From a virus (taxonomy: Duplodnaviria; Heunggongvirae; Uroviricota; Caudoviricetes): DNA of 64,000 bases. Shown here in pieces: positions 9,510 through 18,579 of the stretch (its first letter is position 1; each line of letters begins with the position of its first letter). Below the pieces are notes generated by a model, which had not been told where the DNA came from, did no database searches, and saw only the letters and a program-made list of their open reading frames with translations. A program made the translations under genes and the position numbers. The stretch is taken from IMG/VR virus record IMGVR_UViG_3300017971_000186; one strand, written 5' to 3'.

Positions 9510-9856
9510 TGAGTAATATTATTGTTACATCTCATAAAGAATTTTTTCATATGCCTTATTACGGCAAACTTGAAACACAGATAGCCAAAGGAAATCGCAT
9601 ATGTCGAGGTTGCAATGGTACCATCCCTAGAAATAGTAAATGCTTATCCGAAACATTTTTATCTGACCAAATGATAAGAATGGGAAAAACAAGAACTGTA
9701 TATAAAAAATTATCCTATTGTCAGCACTGTGGAGAAAAAAGGATAGATTTTCTTCATAGTCTTATTGAAGAAAAATTCGATACTATCAAAAAAATCAAAA
9801 AAGAAATACGTATACCTAAAAAAGGAAGATACGCTATTTTATGTGGCACAACATAA
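9509..9856 (+). CDS. Cys-rich hypothetical protein
   Basis: 'CRGCNG...C' and 'CQHCGEK'. Confidence 0.4.
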   Translation: MSNIIVTSHKEFFHMPYYGKLETQIAKGNRICRGCNGTIPRNSKCLSETFLSDQMIRMGKTRTVYKKLSYCQHCGEKRIDFLHSLIEEKFDTIKKIKKEIRIPKKGRYAILCGTT

Positions 9857-10114
9857 ATAAAGATTTATTTATCTACATCAAACGGAACTGGAAAATATTT
9901 TTACATCTATTTTTCAGAACTAAACGGTTTGGTGTGAACAATAAATGGTGGTCAGACTTTAATTCTCCTTTTGGAATATCAATATGGAAACGATTGTGGT
10001 GGGCAATAACTGTTAAACCACTTATAAATAATTATCAAATGATTATCTTCAGAGCCAGAGGATGCTGGTTCTTAACAACTGAAGAATTAAACTTATTAGG
10101 ATGGTTAAATTATT

Positions 10115-10381
10115 ATGATACAAATTAGAAGACACCCGTTTAAGAAATGCTTTAAATTTCTTGAAACCAAAATAGCTGTTGGTTCTATTATTTATTCTGC
10201 TGCTTTTGAAAACGGAGTTATTAATGTTTATTCACGGGAGAATACTGATATTGAAGAAATGGAAACTAGAAAATTTATTATCATAAATAGTGGAGAAATC
10301 TATAAAGAAGATACCTTAATTTACATTAATAGTGTAACTACTTTTGAAGAAGTTGTTCATGTATTTGAGCAAATCACTTAA
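10115..10381 (+). CDS. hypothetical protein
   Basis: 88-aa ORF. Confidence 0.3.
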   Translation: MIQIRRHPFKKCFKFLETKIAVGSIIYSAAFENGVINVYSRENTDIEEMETRKFIIINSGEIYKEDTLIYINSVTTFEEVVHVFEQIT

Positions 10382-10405
10382 TACACTCTTAACAAAGGAA
10401 AATTT

Positions 10406-10879
10406 ATGGCTTTCACTCCTTTACACGCGACTATAGGTATAACACTCACAAAAGTAATTCCAAATCCATGGGTTTCAATCCCTGTTGCTTTCTTTAGCCA
10501 TATTATTGTTGATCTTTACCCTGAATGGACCTCTAGTACCTCTGGTCTTAAAAGCAAATGGGATTTCAAGAATTATACTTGGAAAGAATATACACTAATA
10601 GCAGTACAATGTTTTTTAGCGGGTCTCATCATAGCTTATTTAATTATTAAAGGAGATTGGATTCTCTTTGCCGGTGCAGTTGCAGCTAATCTTATGGATA
10701 TATGGGATTTTCTATGGGAAAAGATATTTAAAGACCGATTTTGGTTTGTTCATGGAGGATTCTTCCCATTTCGAAGGACATTCTCCTGGCAGGGGACAGC
10801 AATGAGAGCATTAAACAATGTTGCAATAGATGCTGTATTTATAGTACTCATAATAATACTTCTATGGAAAGTAAGTTGA
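10406..10879 (+). CDS. integral membrane protein
   Basis: AAAGGAAAATTT RBS. Four or more hydrophobic helices. Confidence 0.45.
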   Translation: MAFTPLHATIGITLTKVIPNPWVSIPVAFFSHIIVDLYPEWTSSTSGLKSKWDFKNYTWKEYTLIAVQCFLAGLIIAYLIIKGDWILFAGAVAANLMDIWDFLWEKIFKDRFWFVHGGFFPFRRTFSWQGTAMRALNNVAIDAVFIVLIIILLWKVS

Positions 10880-11487
10880 TGTTAGATATACATAAATATG
10901 ATAAAATATTGAGCTATTATATTGGGGGCGATGCAGAGATTGTTGATAAATCCAATAAATATATTTATCGAGGTATTATCAGTAATATCTTATTAAATAA
11001 ACAAGAACTATTTATTTATTTCGATGTATTAATTAAAAACACCGATAACAAATGGATACAATTATTTGACCCTGATGATCTGATATATAGAGTTGATGTC
11101 GATAATATCTCTTTTTCTACCTTTGTAGGAAGTAATTTATTTATCGATACAGGGTATGTGTCTACTGAGATTATAGAATTACATATGGATGGAAAAAGTC
11201 CATTTGATTGGAAAGGTTTTAAAATACCTAAACAAGACGACCCAAGGGAATGGGAACATGCTAATATAAATGCTCCTATACTTCGAATACCTCACAAGAA
11301 ATTAAAAAGATCTAGTAATTTAAGTGTTTATAGAAGTATTTGTCCAGCATGTAATATAGGTTTATTATTTGTTGGTAGAGATCCAAAAACTCATATACTT
11401 CAAGAGCATGATTATTGTGTATTATGTGGTCAAAGAGTTATATACACTGACATCGAAGATCTCAGAAAAAGTGAAGGGCATTATTGA
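10878..11487 (+). CDS. Hypothetical protein. This is the short form of ORF 10741..11487 and starts at a TGATG overlap.
   Basis: The upstream part of the track ORF overlaps the membrane gene in another frame. 'MLDIHKYDK' begins exactly at the stop of the upstream gene. Confidence 0.4.
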
Positions 11488-11750
11488 TGGAATTTAAATA
11501 TGCATTAATAACTATAGGTATATCCACATATTTCCTGATAAATTTCATAGTATTAATAGTTTGGTTTTCCGATTATTTTGAAAGTATTGATAACTTTGGA
11601 TATGATGAAAACTTTACTGGTTGGAAAATTTTAGGAGTAGTTGCTCAAATATTTTTCTTTGCTATACCAATGTTCATTTATATCATCGGTCAAATAATAT
11701 GTAGAGGAATAAAGGAAAAGATTAATGATATATCTCATGTATATAGGTAA
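11484..11750 (+). CDS. small membrane protein (2 TM)
   Basis: Hydrophobic. ATGA overlap. Confidence 0.35.
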   Translation: MMEFKYALITIGISTYFLINFIVLIVWFSDYFESIDNFGYDENFTGWKILGVVAQIFFFAIPMFIYIIGQIICRGIKEKINDISHVYR

Positions 11751-11958
11751 TTTAATGGTTAATTTTGCTATATTCAATTTTATATCAATGGTCTTGTTTA
11801 AAAGAGATGAAATGGATGAGGTACTTTTTATATCAATATTGGTATCTTATTTTCATACTTATCATGAAATAAAAACAATGAATGTAATTTTATATATGGT
11901 TTTAGTATTTTTATCAATAATAATCGGAGGACGTTTTTACAGGAAATTTATGAAATGA
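11725..11958 (+). CDS. small membrane protein
   Basis: Hydrophobic. Confidence 0.3.
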   Translation: MIYLMYIGNLMVNFAIFNFISMVLFKRDEMDEVLFISILVSYFHTYHEIKTMNVILYMVLVFLSIIIGGRFYRKFMK

Positions 11959-12146
11959 AAAAATGGTGGTTTCGAGGAGATTTTCTTCTTCCAAATGGGT
12001 TGTGGCTAGGCGTAATTACTCACATTGTTAATACAATTGGATTAATTACAAATAGCCATATTACATCAATCATAGGACACACGATCTTTAGTATCATTGC
12101 ATTTATAACAGTGATTTTGGCAATAAGACATCCTGAAAATATTTAA
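11955..12146 (+). CDS. small membrane protein
   Basis: Hydrophobic. ATGA overlap. Confidence 0.3.
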   Translation: MKKWWFRGDFLLPNGLWLGVITHIVNTIGLITNSHITSIIGHTIFSIIAFITVILAIRHPENI

Positions 12147-12149
12147 ACA

Positions 12150-12485
12150 ATGAAATTTAAATATAAAGGGATATGTGAAGGGTGGGCTATACCAATCCAC
12201 AAAGCCAAAGATGCTGTATATCGAAAATACGCTGAACTCACACTTTGCAAAAAATGTTTTAATGATTGGAAAGAAGACCATAAACATTTACGAGTAGGGA
12301 ATATTATGACTAAAGAAGAATATAAACAACTAGCTCTTGAAGCACAACTAGAAAAGGCGCAAAATGAGATTATCGCCGAACATAATGAGATAGAAGCTAA
12401 ACGAGTTGTTGGTAAAAAAGTATTTATGTCTTATAAAAGTGAGAAATTTGTAGCTCTAGTAAAAGCAGTCAGGGAAATAGAATAA
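12150..12485 (+). CDS. hypothetical coiled-coil protein
   Basis: 111 aa. C-terminal heptad-like Glu/Lys/Ala region. Confidence 0.4.
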   Translation: MKFKYKGICEGWAIPIHKAKDAVYRKYAELTLCKKCFNDWKEDHKHLRVGNIMTKEEYKQLALEAQLEKAQNEIIAEHNEIEAKRVVGKKVFMSYKSEKFVALVKAVREIE

Positions 12486-12651
12486 TGAGAGAGATTTGGG
12501 AAACAATTATCAATATTATAAATGGTACAAACATCTTTAATGAATCAAATTAAAATTGGGACCCTTCAAAGGAGGAGAAGAGCCCCAAACCATACAATAT
12601 CCCATTAATCAATATAAAAATAATAAATAAAGATAAAAAAGGAGAATAATT

Positions 12652-13200
12652 ATGGTAGCTTTAAAAATCAAGGTCACAAATATCAAATGTAATGATCCCC
12701 AGGATCCCCGAAAAGATGAACTTTATTTCATTACTGCTGTTAATCAAAAATGCATCGTAAGTCAAACTATTCGAGGTATAAAACGTGGGGCATGTCTTGA
12801 TTTAGATGAAGTCATTTTTGATAGCTATGTTGAAAAAGATACACCAATTATTATTACTTGTATGGAACAAAGAGGACTTAAAGATAATACTTTAACAGCA
12901 GATTTGTTAACCAATCTTGCTGATAAAGGTTTAAAAATAGCTAAGAGTAAACTTAAAATGGCCAATTCAGATTCGAATGATATCTGGAAACAAGTCGGGG
13001 AATATTTATTATCTAATGCTGTTTCAATAATTAAAGTCATGTTCAGAGATACTCCTTTAATGACAAAAGTAATCACCGAACCTTATTCAGAAGATATTGA
13101 ATACCCTATTACCTATGTTATGAAAGGTAAGAGTGATGAACGTCCTACTTATGACTATGAAATTCTATTATCTATAGAGATGGAAAAGAAAAATGATTAA
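12652..13200 (+). CDS. hypothetical protein
   Basis: AAAAGGAGAATAATT RBS. 182 aa. Confidence 0.45.
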   Translation: MVALKIKVTNIKCNDPQDPRKDELYFITAVNQKCIVSQTIRGIKRGACLDLDEVIFDSYVEKDTPIIITCMEQRGLKDNTLTADLLTNLADKGLKIAKSKLKMANSDSNDIWKQVGEYLLSNAVSIIKVMFRDTPLMTKVITEPYSEDIEYPITYVMKGKSDERPTYDYEILLSIEMEKKND

Positions 13201-13837
13201 CCTAAATGCAATAAAAGTTATGGTGGATTTTGAGAAATATTCATACCGTAAAATAAATAGAAGGGATGACGGTTTAATCGAAGTCTTTGATTTCTCCAAT
13301 TTAAAACTAATAATAATTGAAGAAAAAGGCTTTTATGTTAAATTTCATATGGATGATATAAAAGATGAAAAAGATATTCCCTGGGATATATTACACGAAT
13401 TTCAAAAATATTTTAATAATACCAACATCGAACTTTTAAATATACTCTGTCAAACAAGTAAAAGATTCGATTTTGAATTTGATTTCTTCAATATAGAAGC
13501 TGACCCTGTCTCTTCTGAAGAATATGAAAAAACGGGAAAATACTATAAATGGCCCTATCTTCAGTTCGACTTTCGATTAAATCAAATATTTTCAATAGAG
13601 GAATTTCGTGAACAATTAAATAAAATATATAATACATACCAGGTCTACGACCGGGACTGGCCCGAAATAAAAATATTCTTTAAAAAGTTTACAGAAGCTA
13701 ATATTTCTAAAACTTTTAAAATGGTAAAAGAATTAATAGAGATAAATAATGAAATAGTAGAAGATATGGAACTTGCCAAAAGGATACTTTTTACAGCATC
13801 TAAAAAGGGTTGGTTCGAACTATTAAAGGAAATATGA
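13193..13837 (+). CDS. hypothetical protein
   Basis: 214 aa. Overlaps the upstream stop. Confidence 0.45.
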   Translation: MINLNAIKVMVDFEKYSYRKINRRDDGLIEVFDFSNLKLIIIEEKGFYVKFHMDDIKDEKDIPWDILHEFQKYFNNTNIELLNILCQTSKRFDFEFDFFNIEADPVSSEEYEKTGKYYKWPYLQFDFRLNQIFSIEEFREQLNKIYNTYQVYDRDWPEIKIFFKKFTEANISKTFKMVKELIEINNEIVEDMELAKRILFTASKKGWFELLKEI

Positions 13838-14361
13838 TGGGTGAATGGATAGCAAAATTTGGCCTCCCTTTAGCATTTGCAATTAGTTTCTGGTTTATAT
13901 TAAGAGCTACTAAAAATATCACGAAAGCCTATAAACAGATGATTGAGATATATAAAAAAATGGAATCTATATCTGATCGAATAGGGCATCTTTATACTCT
14001 TACAAGAATCCTACATAACGGATTATGTGACCCTTTACACAAAATGATCTTTGCTAAAATTTATGAAACAGACCCTAAAAAATGCCCTAAGAATCCCTAT
14101 GAAAACTTTAATGTGTTTAAAGAAGTTATTTTGGAGAACTATCAAATTACTCTTGGTAAATTAGAAGAACTTAAAAAACAAGTAAAAGAGGAACCCAAAA
14201 CCATAGAAAAAATCGATAAATATATTAATGAAATTAATAATGTAGTCAACTTGTTAAGCACTATTGATGAAAAAAGTTCAAAAGATCATATCAACAATAT
14301 CATGTATGAAGTAAGTGCTACCATGATGAAAATATTAAGGGTCAATTTTGATGAAGTTTAA
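13810..14361 (+). CDS. hypothetical protein with N-terminal TM helix
   Basis: 183 aa. Hydrophobic N-terminus. Confidence 0.4.
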   Translation: MVRTIKGNMMGEWIAKFGLPLAFAISFWFILRATKNITKAYKQMIEIYKKMESISDRIGHLYTLTRILHNGLCDPLHKMIFAKIYETDPKKCPKNPYENFNVFKEVILENYQITLGKLEELKKQVKEEPKTIEKIDKYINEINNVVNLLSTIDEKSSKDHINNIMYEVSATMMKILRVNFDEV

Positions 14362-14767
14362 TATTAATGACATTGCCACTATACGCCATACTTTCACCGA
14401 ACATGAAGTTCTTTATTATAGTGGACTCATACATGATGATAATCCGATTCACACTGACAAAAAATATGCAGAAAAGTCTATTTTCGGGAGACCTGTTGTC
14501 CCTGGAATGTTTGCTGCCAGCTTCTTTTCCGGATTAATCGGGAGCAAATTACCAGGCAAAGGTTCTATTTATTTAGGCCAAAATTTAAATTTTTTAAAAC
14601 CCGTATTTATAGGTGAACAAGTATTATTTGTAGTCAAAATTATACATATACGAAAAGATAAACCAATTATTACATTAAATACATATTGTATTAATGATAA
14701 TAAAAGTAATACAGGGACCATACTTATTAAAGGTGAAGCTATTGTTAAAGCACCAAAGGAGGAATAA
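14348..14767 (+). CDS. MaoC-like (R)-hydratase/dehydratase hotdog-fold protein
   Basis: 'YSGLIHDDNPIHTDKKYAEKSIFGRPVVPGMFAASFFSGLIG' matches the MaoC dehydratase motif (D.NPIH.D...A....FG..I.HG). Confidence 0.7.
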   Translation: MMKFNINDIATIRHTFTEHEVLYYSGLIHDDNPIHTDKKYAEKSIFGRPVVPGMFAASFFSGLIGSKLPGKGSIYLGQNLNFLKPVFIGEQVLFVVKIIHIRKDKPIITLNTYCINDNKSNTGTILIKGEAIVKAPKEE

Positions 14768-15204
14768 TGTTAATAACTGATTTTGAAGATGGCGGATTTC
14801 CTATCTCTATCCATACACCTATTATTTGTACTGTATTAAGAGAAGATAACGATGACCCTCTTATGAGTGAATCAATAATGGCCTATAATCGTTATGAATT
14901 GAAGAAAATAATAACTACTCGTAAAATAGTTTACCTTTTAGGAATCTGGCCTGGTAAGAGAGTTACGGATGGATATCCTTTAAAACCTGAAAAATATAAA
15001 GATTTCCCAGTACCACCTGAAAGGTATAAAAATATTGATAGTGCTATTGATATTATCATTATGATGGATAAAGATCAATTTTCAAAAATAATATATAAGC
15101 CAGGACCACGCAGTGAAGACCATGTTCTTATAGAATCAGATGATTTTAAATTATATGAATATGTAAGAAAAGCAGGACTAAAATATAAAACAGTATTTGA
15201 ATGA
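14767..15204 (+). CDS. hypothetical protein
   Basis: AAAGGAGGAATA RBS. 145 aa. Confidence 0.4.
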   Translation: MLITDFEDGGFPISIHTPIICTVLREDNDDPLMSESIMAYNRYELKKIITTRKIVYLLGIWPGKRVTDGYPLKPEKYKDFPVPPERYKNIDSAIDIIIMMDKDQFSKIIYKPGPRSEDHVLIESDDFKLYEYVRKAGLKYKTVFE

Positions 15205-15221
15205 TGTAGCAAAGGAAACAC

Positions 15222-16403
15222 GTGGATTTATTTGGCATTCTCTTAATAATTGCACATCTACTCATTTTCGTTGTTTTTGTTAATAGATATATCTTCGGAA
15301 GATTTTATCTTAATTTAAATAAAAAAGCTTTATCTGAGATCAAAGAAAATTTTCATCCTCCCATAACTATTATTGTTCCCTTGTACAATGAAGGTGGTAG
15401 TATAGCCAAAACTATCCGTAGCTTCTCTGAACAAGTTTATCCAAAAGAGAATTTACATGTCATGGTTATTGATGATTGTTCTACCGATAATAGTTATGAA
15501 ATAGCCAAAAAAGAAATTGTTAAATACCCTAATGCACAAATATTTCGAAATAAAAATAATGTAGGAAAAAGAAAAAGTATTATCAATGCTGTACGTCGTT
15601 GTAAAACAGAATTTGTTATTTCAATTGATTCTGATGTAATTTTAGATAAACATGCAATTTCTCGCCTTATTAGACGTTTCACTAAAGAAGACATAGTTGC
15701 AGTTGGTGGGAGAGTCGATGTGGTTAACAACAATGTTAATTGGCTCACCCAAATGCAGACAGTAAAATATTATTACAGTTATAAACATTTAAAAAATTTA
15801 GAGAGATCTTTTTTCAGTGTTATGTGCTTATCAGGATGTTTAACAGCTTATCGAACTAAAGTATTAATTGAACTTGAAGATATTTTACTAAAAAGGAATT
15901 TCTTCGGGCTTCCAATTAAATACGGTGAAGATCGATTCTTAACAAGACAAATAATTAAAGCTGGCTATAAAACCTTTCTTACTCTTGATGCTCATTCATA
16001 TACAAAAGTCCCTGAGAACTTAGATCAATATATACTGCAACAATTACGATGGAGAAGATCTAATTTAATCGATTTTTTCTGCGGGTTATCTCATATATGG
16101 AAAATCAATCCAATTGTAAGTATCCATTATCTTGGACTTTTTGCTATGCTTTTATCCTATCCCATGATTCTTATACAGACATCCATGTCCGGATATTTCT
16201 TTGAATTTGCAATGTTTCATATTTTATTACTATTCATATTCGTAATTATTTATACAATAGACACACGTAATCTTCCCATAAATAAAAAAGCTAAATTTCC
16301 TTTAGCTTTTCTCACAATTGCTATAATAATGCCAGTCACATATTTGATTTTAACACCACTAGCTCTTTTTACTCTTGATTCCGGGAGCTGGGAGACTCGA
16401 TAG
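15222..16403 (+). CDS. Processive GT2 beta-glycosyltransferase, NodC/HasA/chitin-synthase-like. Probable GTG start.
   Basis: Motifs: 'IVPLYNEGG...VMVIDDCSTDNS', 'NVGKRKSII...ISIDSDVIL', 'YGEDRFLT' and 'QQLRWRRS' (QxxRW). The C-terminal TM helices run near-colinear with NodC as recalled. Confidence 0.85.
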   Translation: MDLFGILLIIAHLLIFVVFVNRYIFGRFYLNLNKKALSEIKENFHPPITIIVPLYNEGGSIAKTIRSFSEQVYPKENLHVMVIDDCSTDNSYEIAKKEIVKYPNAQIFRNKNNVGKRKSIINAVRRCKTEFVISIDSDVILDKHAISRLIRRFTKEDIVAVGGRVDVVNNNVNWLTQMQTVKYYYSYKHLKNLERSFFSVMCLSGCLTAYRTKVLIELEDILLKRNFFGLPIKYGEDRFLTRQIIKAGYKTFLTLDAHSYTKVPENLDQYILQQLRWRRSNLIDFFCGLSHIWKINPIVSIHYLGLFAMLLSYPMILIQTSMSGYFFEFAMFHILLLFIFVIIYTIDTRNLPINKKAKFPLAFLTIAIIMPVTYLILTPLALFTLDSGSWETR

Positions 16404-16433
16404 AAAGGATAGAAAATTTAATAACTTGACCTT

Positions 16434-17534
16434 ATGAATATTAAAACAAGCTTAAACTGGTTATTTCTTTCTATATATAAAATAATCGGATTCATAACTT
16501 TGGCAGCTATCTGTGTAGGAATACTTGGATACCTTACAGGATCTCTTTTTTATATTATTGATAAAAGATGGGTGATTCCTATTATTTTATCCCCGCACTC
16601 TGAACAGGTAGTTAAATTAAACTCCCAACATATACAACAGAAGTTTCTCTATAATAAAACAATGGTAGAAAAACTCAGACTGCAGTCTAAAATAAGACTG
16701 CTCAAAGAAGAAGTCAAAGTAAAAAAAGATCTGCAAAAAAGGTTTGAACTGGCTTTTAAAAGCGATCTTAAAATGATGAGACAGAAATTAGATCTGATTT
16801 CTGAAGCCCTTAAAGAACATGATGATATCGAATTCACCGCGAATGGAGCTTATTCAAGATCAGAGTTAGCTAATATCAGTTCTTTAATTTCTGCTGGTAT
16901 CATAGATAGACAGACATATAATCGCAATAAATTCAGTATAGATCAGAATATCAGGAATTTAGCGACATTTAAACAAAAAGAAGAACAATTAAAATTAGAA
17001 AAAAATAGATTAATAAAAAGCATCTCTTCATTAGAATCATTCAATAATAAAATAAAAAAAACAGATACAAAATATAAAGCAGAACCCATTTATGATGTCC
17101 TCATTATAGAACAGGAATATCTTATATTAAATCAAGATGTCAATGGGTTGGAAAATGAAATAGATATGTTAAATTTAGAATCAGAGATAATTGATAGCTC
17201 TCTTGAAGGTTACAATGAAATCTGTGAAAAATTAGAGCAATCCCCATATTTTAAAGCTATAAATAAGAGTGTAATTGTAGCATTTGCTCCATATTCAAAT
17301 ATTCGAAATATAAAAGTCAACGATCCTATCTATGGGTGTTACCTGGGTTTATTTCTATGTAAAAAAATCGCTGTTGTTAAAGAAGTCCTTGAAGGAGAAA
17401 TTATTGCAAAACATCCTGTATTCAACAAAGAATTAAGAGGTATGATGGTTATTATTGATATGAAAGATAAGGACATGGATTGGGCTAAAGCAAAATCATT
17501 ACATGTTGGAACGAAGCCTTTTTTCATTCTGTAA
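16434..17534 (+). CDS. N-terminal TM anchor plus long coiled-coil plus C-terminal beta region (membrane-fusion/HlyD- or PCP-like architecture)
   Basis: TM near residues 10-40, extended heptad Lys/Glu-rich middle, beta-rich C-terminus. Architecture only, no diagnostic motif. Confidence 0.35.
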   Translation: MNIKTSLNWLFLSIYKIIGFITLAAICVGILGYLTGSLFYIIDKRWVIPIILSPHSEQVVKLNSQHIQQKFLYNKTMVEKLRLQSKIRLLKEEVKVKKDLQKRFELAFKSDLKMMRQKLDLISEALKEHDDIEFTANGAYSRSELANISSLISAGIIDRQTYNRNKFSIDQNIRNLATFKQKEEQLKLEKNRLIKSISSLESFNNKIKKTDTKYKAEPIYDVLIIEQEYLILNQDVNGLENEIDMLNLESEIIDSSLEGYNEICEKLEQSPYFKAINKSVIVAFAPYSNIRNIKVNDPIYGCYLGLFLCKKIAVVKEVLEGEIIAKHPVFNKELRGMMVIIDMKDKDMDWAKAKSLHVGTKPFFIL

Positions 17535-17543
17535 GGATATAAG

Positions 17544-18566
17544 ATGTTAATAAAAGTACAGATACTTCTAATAACTTTTTTAATCTCGGTCTACAGTGAA
17601 TTACCTTATTCTAGATGGCTTACTGCCACAAAGAATTCAGAAAGAATCTTGTTATTAACCCCAGAACTATTGATTCATGGTGTAAATACAGATAGCCAAG
17701 AAGGAAATATAGAATTAACGTATAATTTTATCAATCTATATAAAGGCATTATAATTGGAAAGAGAACTGAAGCCGAATGCCATTTATATGAAGTCTGTCA
17801 AGAACTCGATAAAGTACTCACTATTGGTACAGATATAGGGAAACTTGCTCTTCTTGAAACAAAACTCAAAAATATTATTCAATTAAAAGATACAGTCACC
17901 AAAAAATTAATTTCCCTTGAATTCCTATTAAAGAAAGAATTAGTTACACTAGATGTTTTATATAGCTTTGAGAATAAACTCGAAAAACTGAACCTTATCG
18001 AACTTGAGACCAATTTAGAAATAGAAAGACTCAGGCAATTACCAAAACCGCGTAATATAAAAATAGAAAGATTAGTGACACATTTCATTATCTATGATAG
18101 AGAAGTAGAGATTCATTCTGCAAACCTAAGAAAATCCTATGCCTGGGCAATTACTACTTCAGGAGGAGTAAATGTACAATATGAGAACAAAGAAATAATC
18201 ATTAATCCTCTAGGTCAATTAATGATTCATTTTAAATTTGGACGTTTCTTTCAGAATAAATATAATAGAGAAGCTATTATTTATCGAGATGACTGGAGAA
18301 AAGAAAATTTTCAATCATATCTTGTTCGAATTGAACAACTGAAAGATAAATATAAAAAAATACAGGTAATATTAAAAAAACGATTAATAGAGTTAGAAAA
18401 AAATGTAACTATACTAAAAAATAGAATTGAAAATCTTAATACCATAACAAATATAAAAGTACTAAATTATAAAGAGCTATTAAATATTGATCTAGCTATT
18501 TTCTTAAATGAAAAGAACTATATCTCTTCTTTAGCCGAGATTTTAATGAATATAAATCATCTATAA
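17544..18566 (+). CDS. secreted coiled-coil protein
   Basis: Signal-peptide-like N-terminus 'MLIKVQILLITFLISVYSE', then long coiled-coil segments. Confidence 0.4.
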   Translation: MLIKVQILLITFLISVYSELPYSRWLTATKNSERILLLTPELLIHGVNTDSQEGNIELTYNFINLYKGIIIGKRTEAECHLYEVCQELDKVLTIGTDIGKLALLETKLKNIIQLKDTVTKKLISLEFLLKKELVTLDVLYSFENKLEKLNLIELETNLEIERLRQLPKPRNIKIERLVTHFIIYDREVEIHSANLRKSYAWAITTSGGVNVQYENKEIIINPLGQLMIHFKFGRFFQNKYNREAIIYRDDWRKENFQSYLVRIEQLKDKYKKIQVILKKRLIELEKNVTILKNRIENLNTITNIKVLNYKELLNIDLAIFLNEKNYISSLAEILMNINHL

Positions 18567-18579
18567 AAAGGAGTATTAA

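Noticed and set aside
13783-13810. tRNA T-arm-like 'GGTTGGTTCGAAC' string.
   Set aside because: It lies inside ORF 13193..13837 with no acceptor or anticodon stem complement. No tRNA genes were recognisable anywhere in the window.
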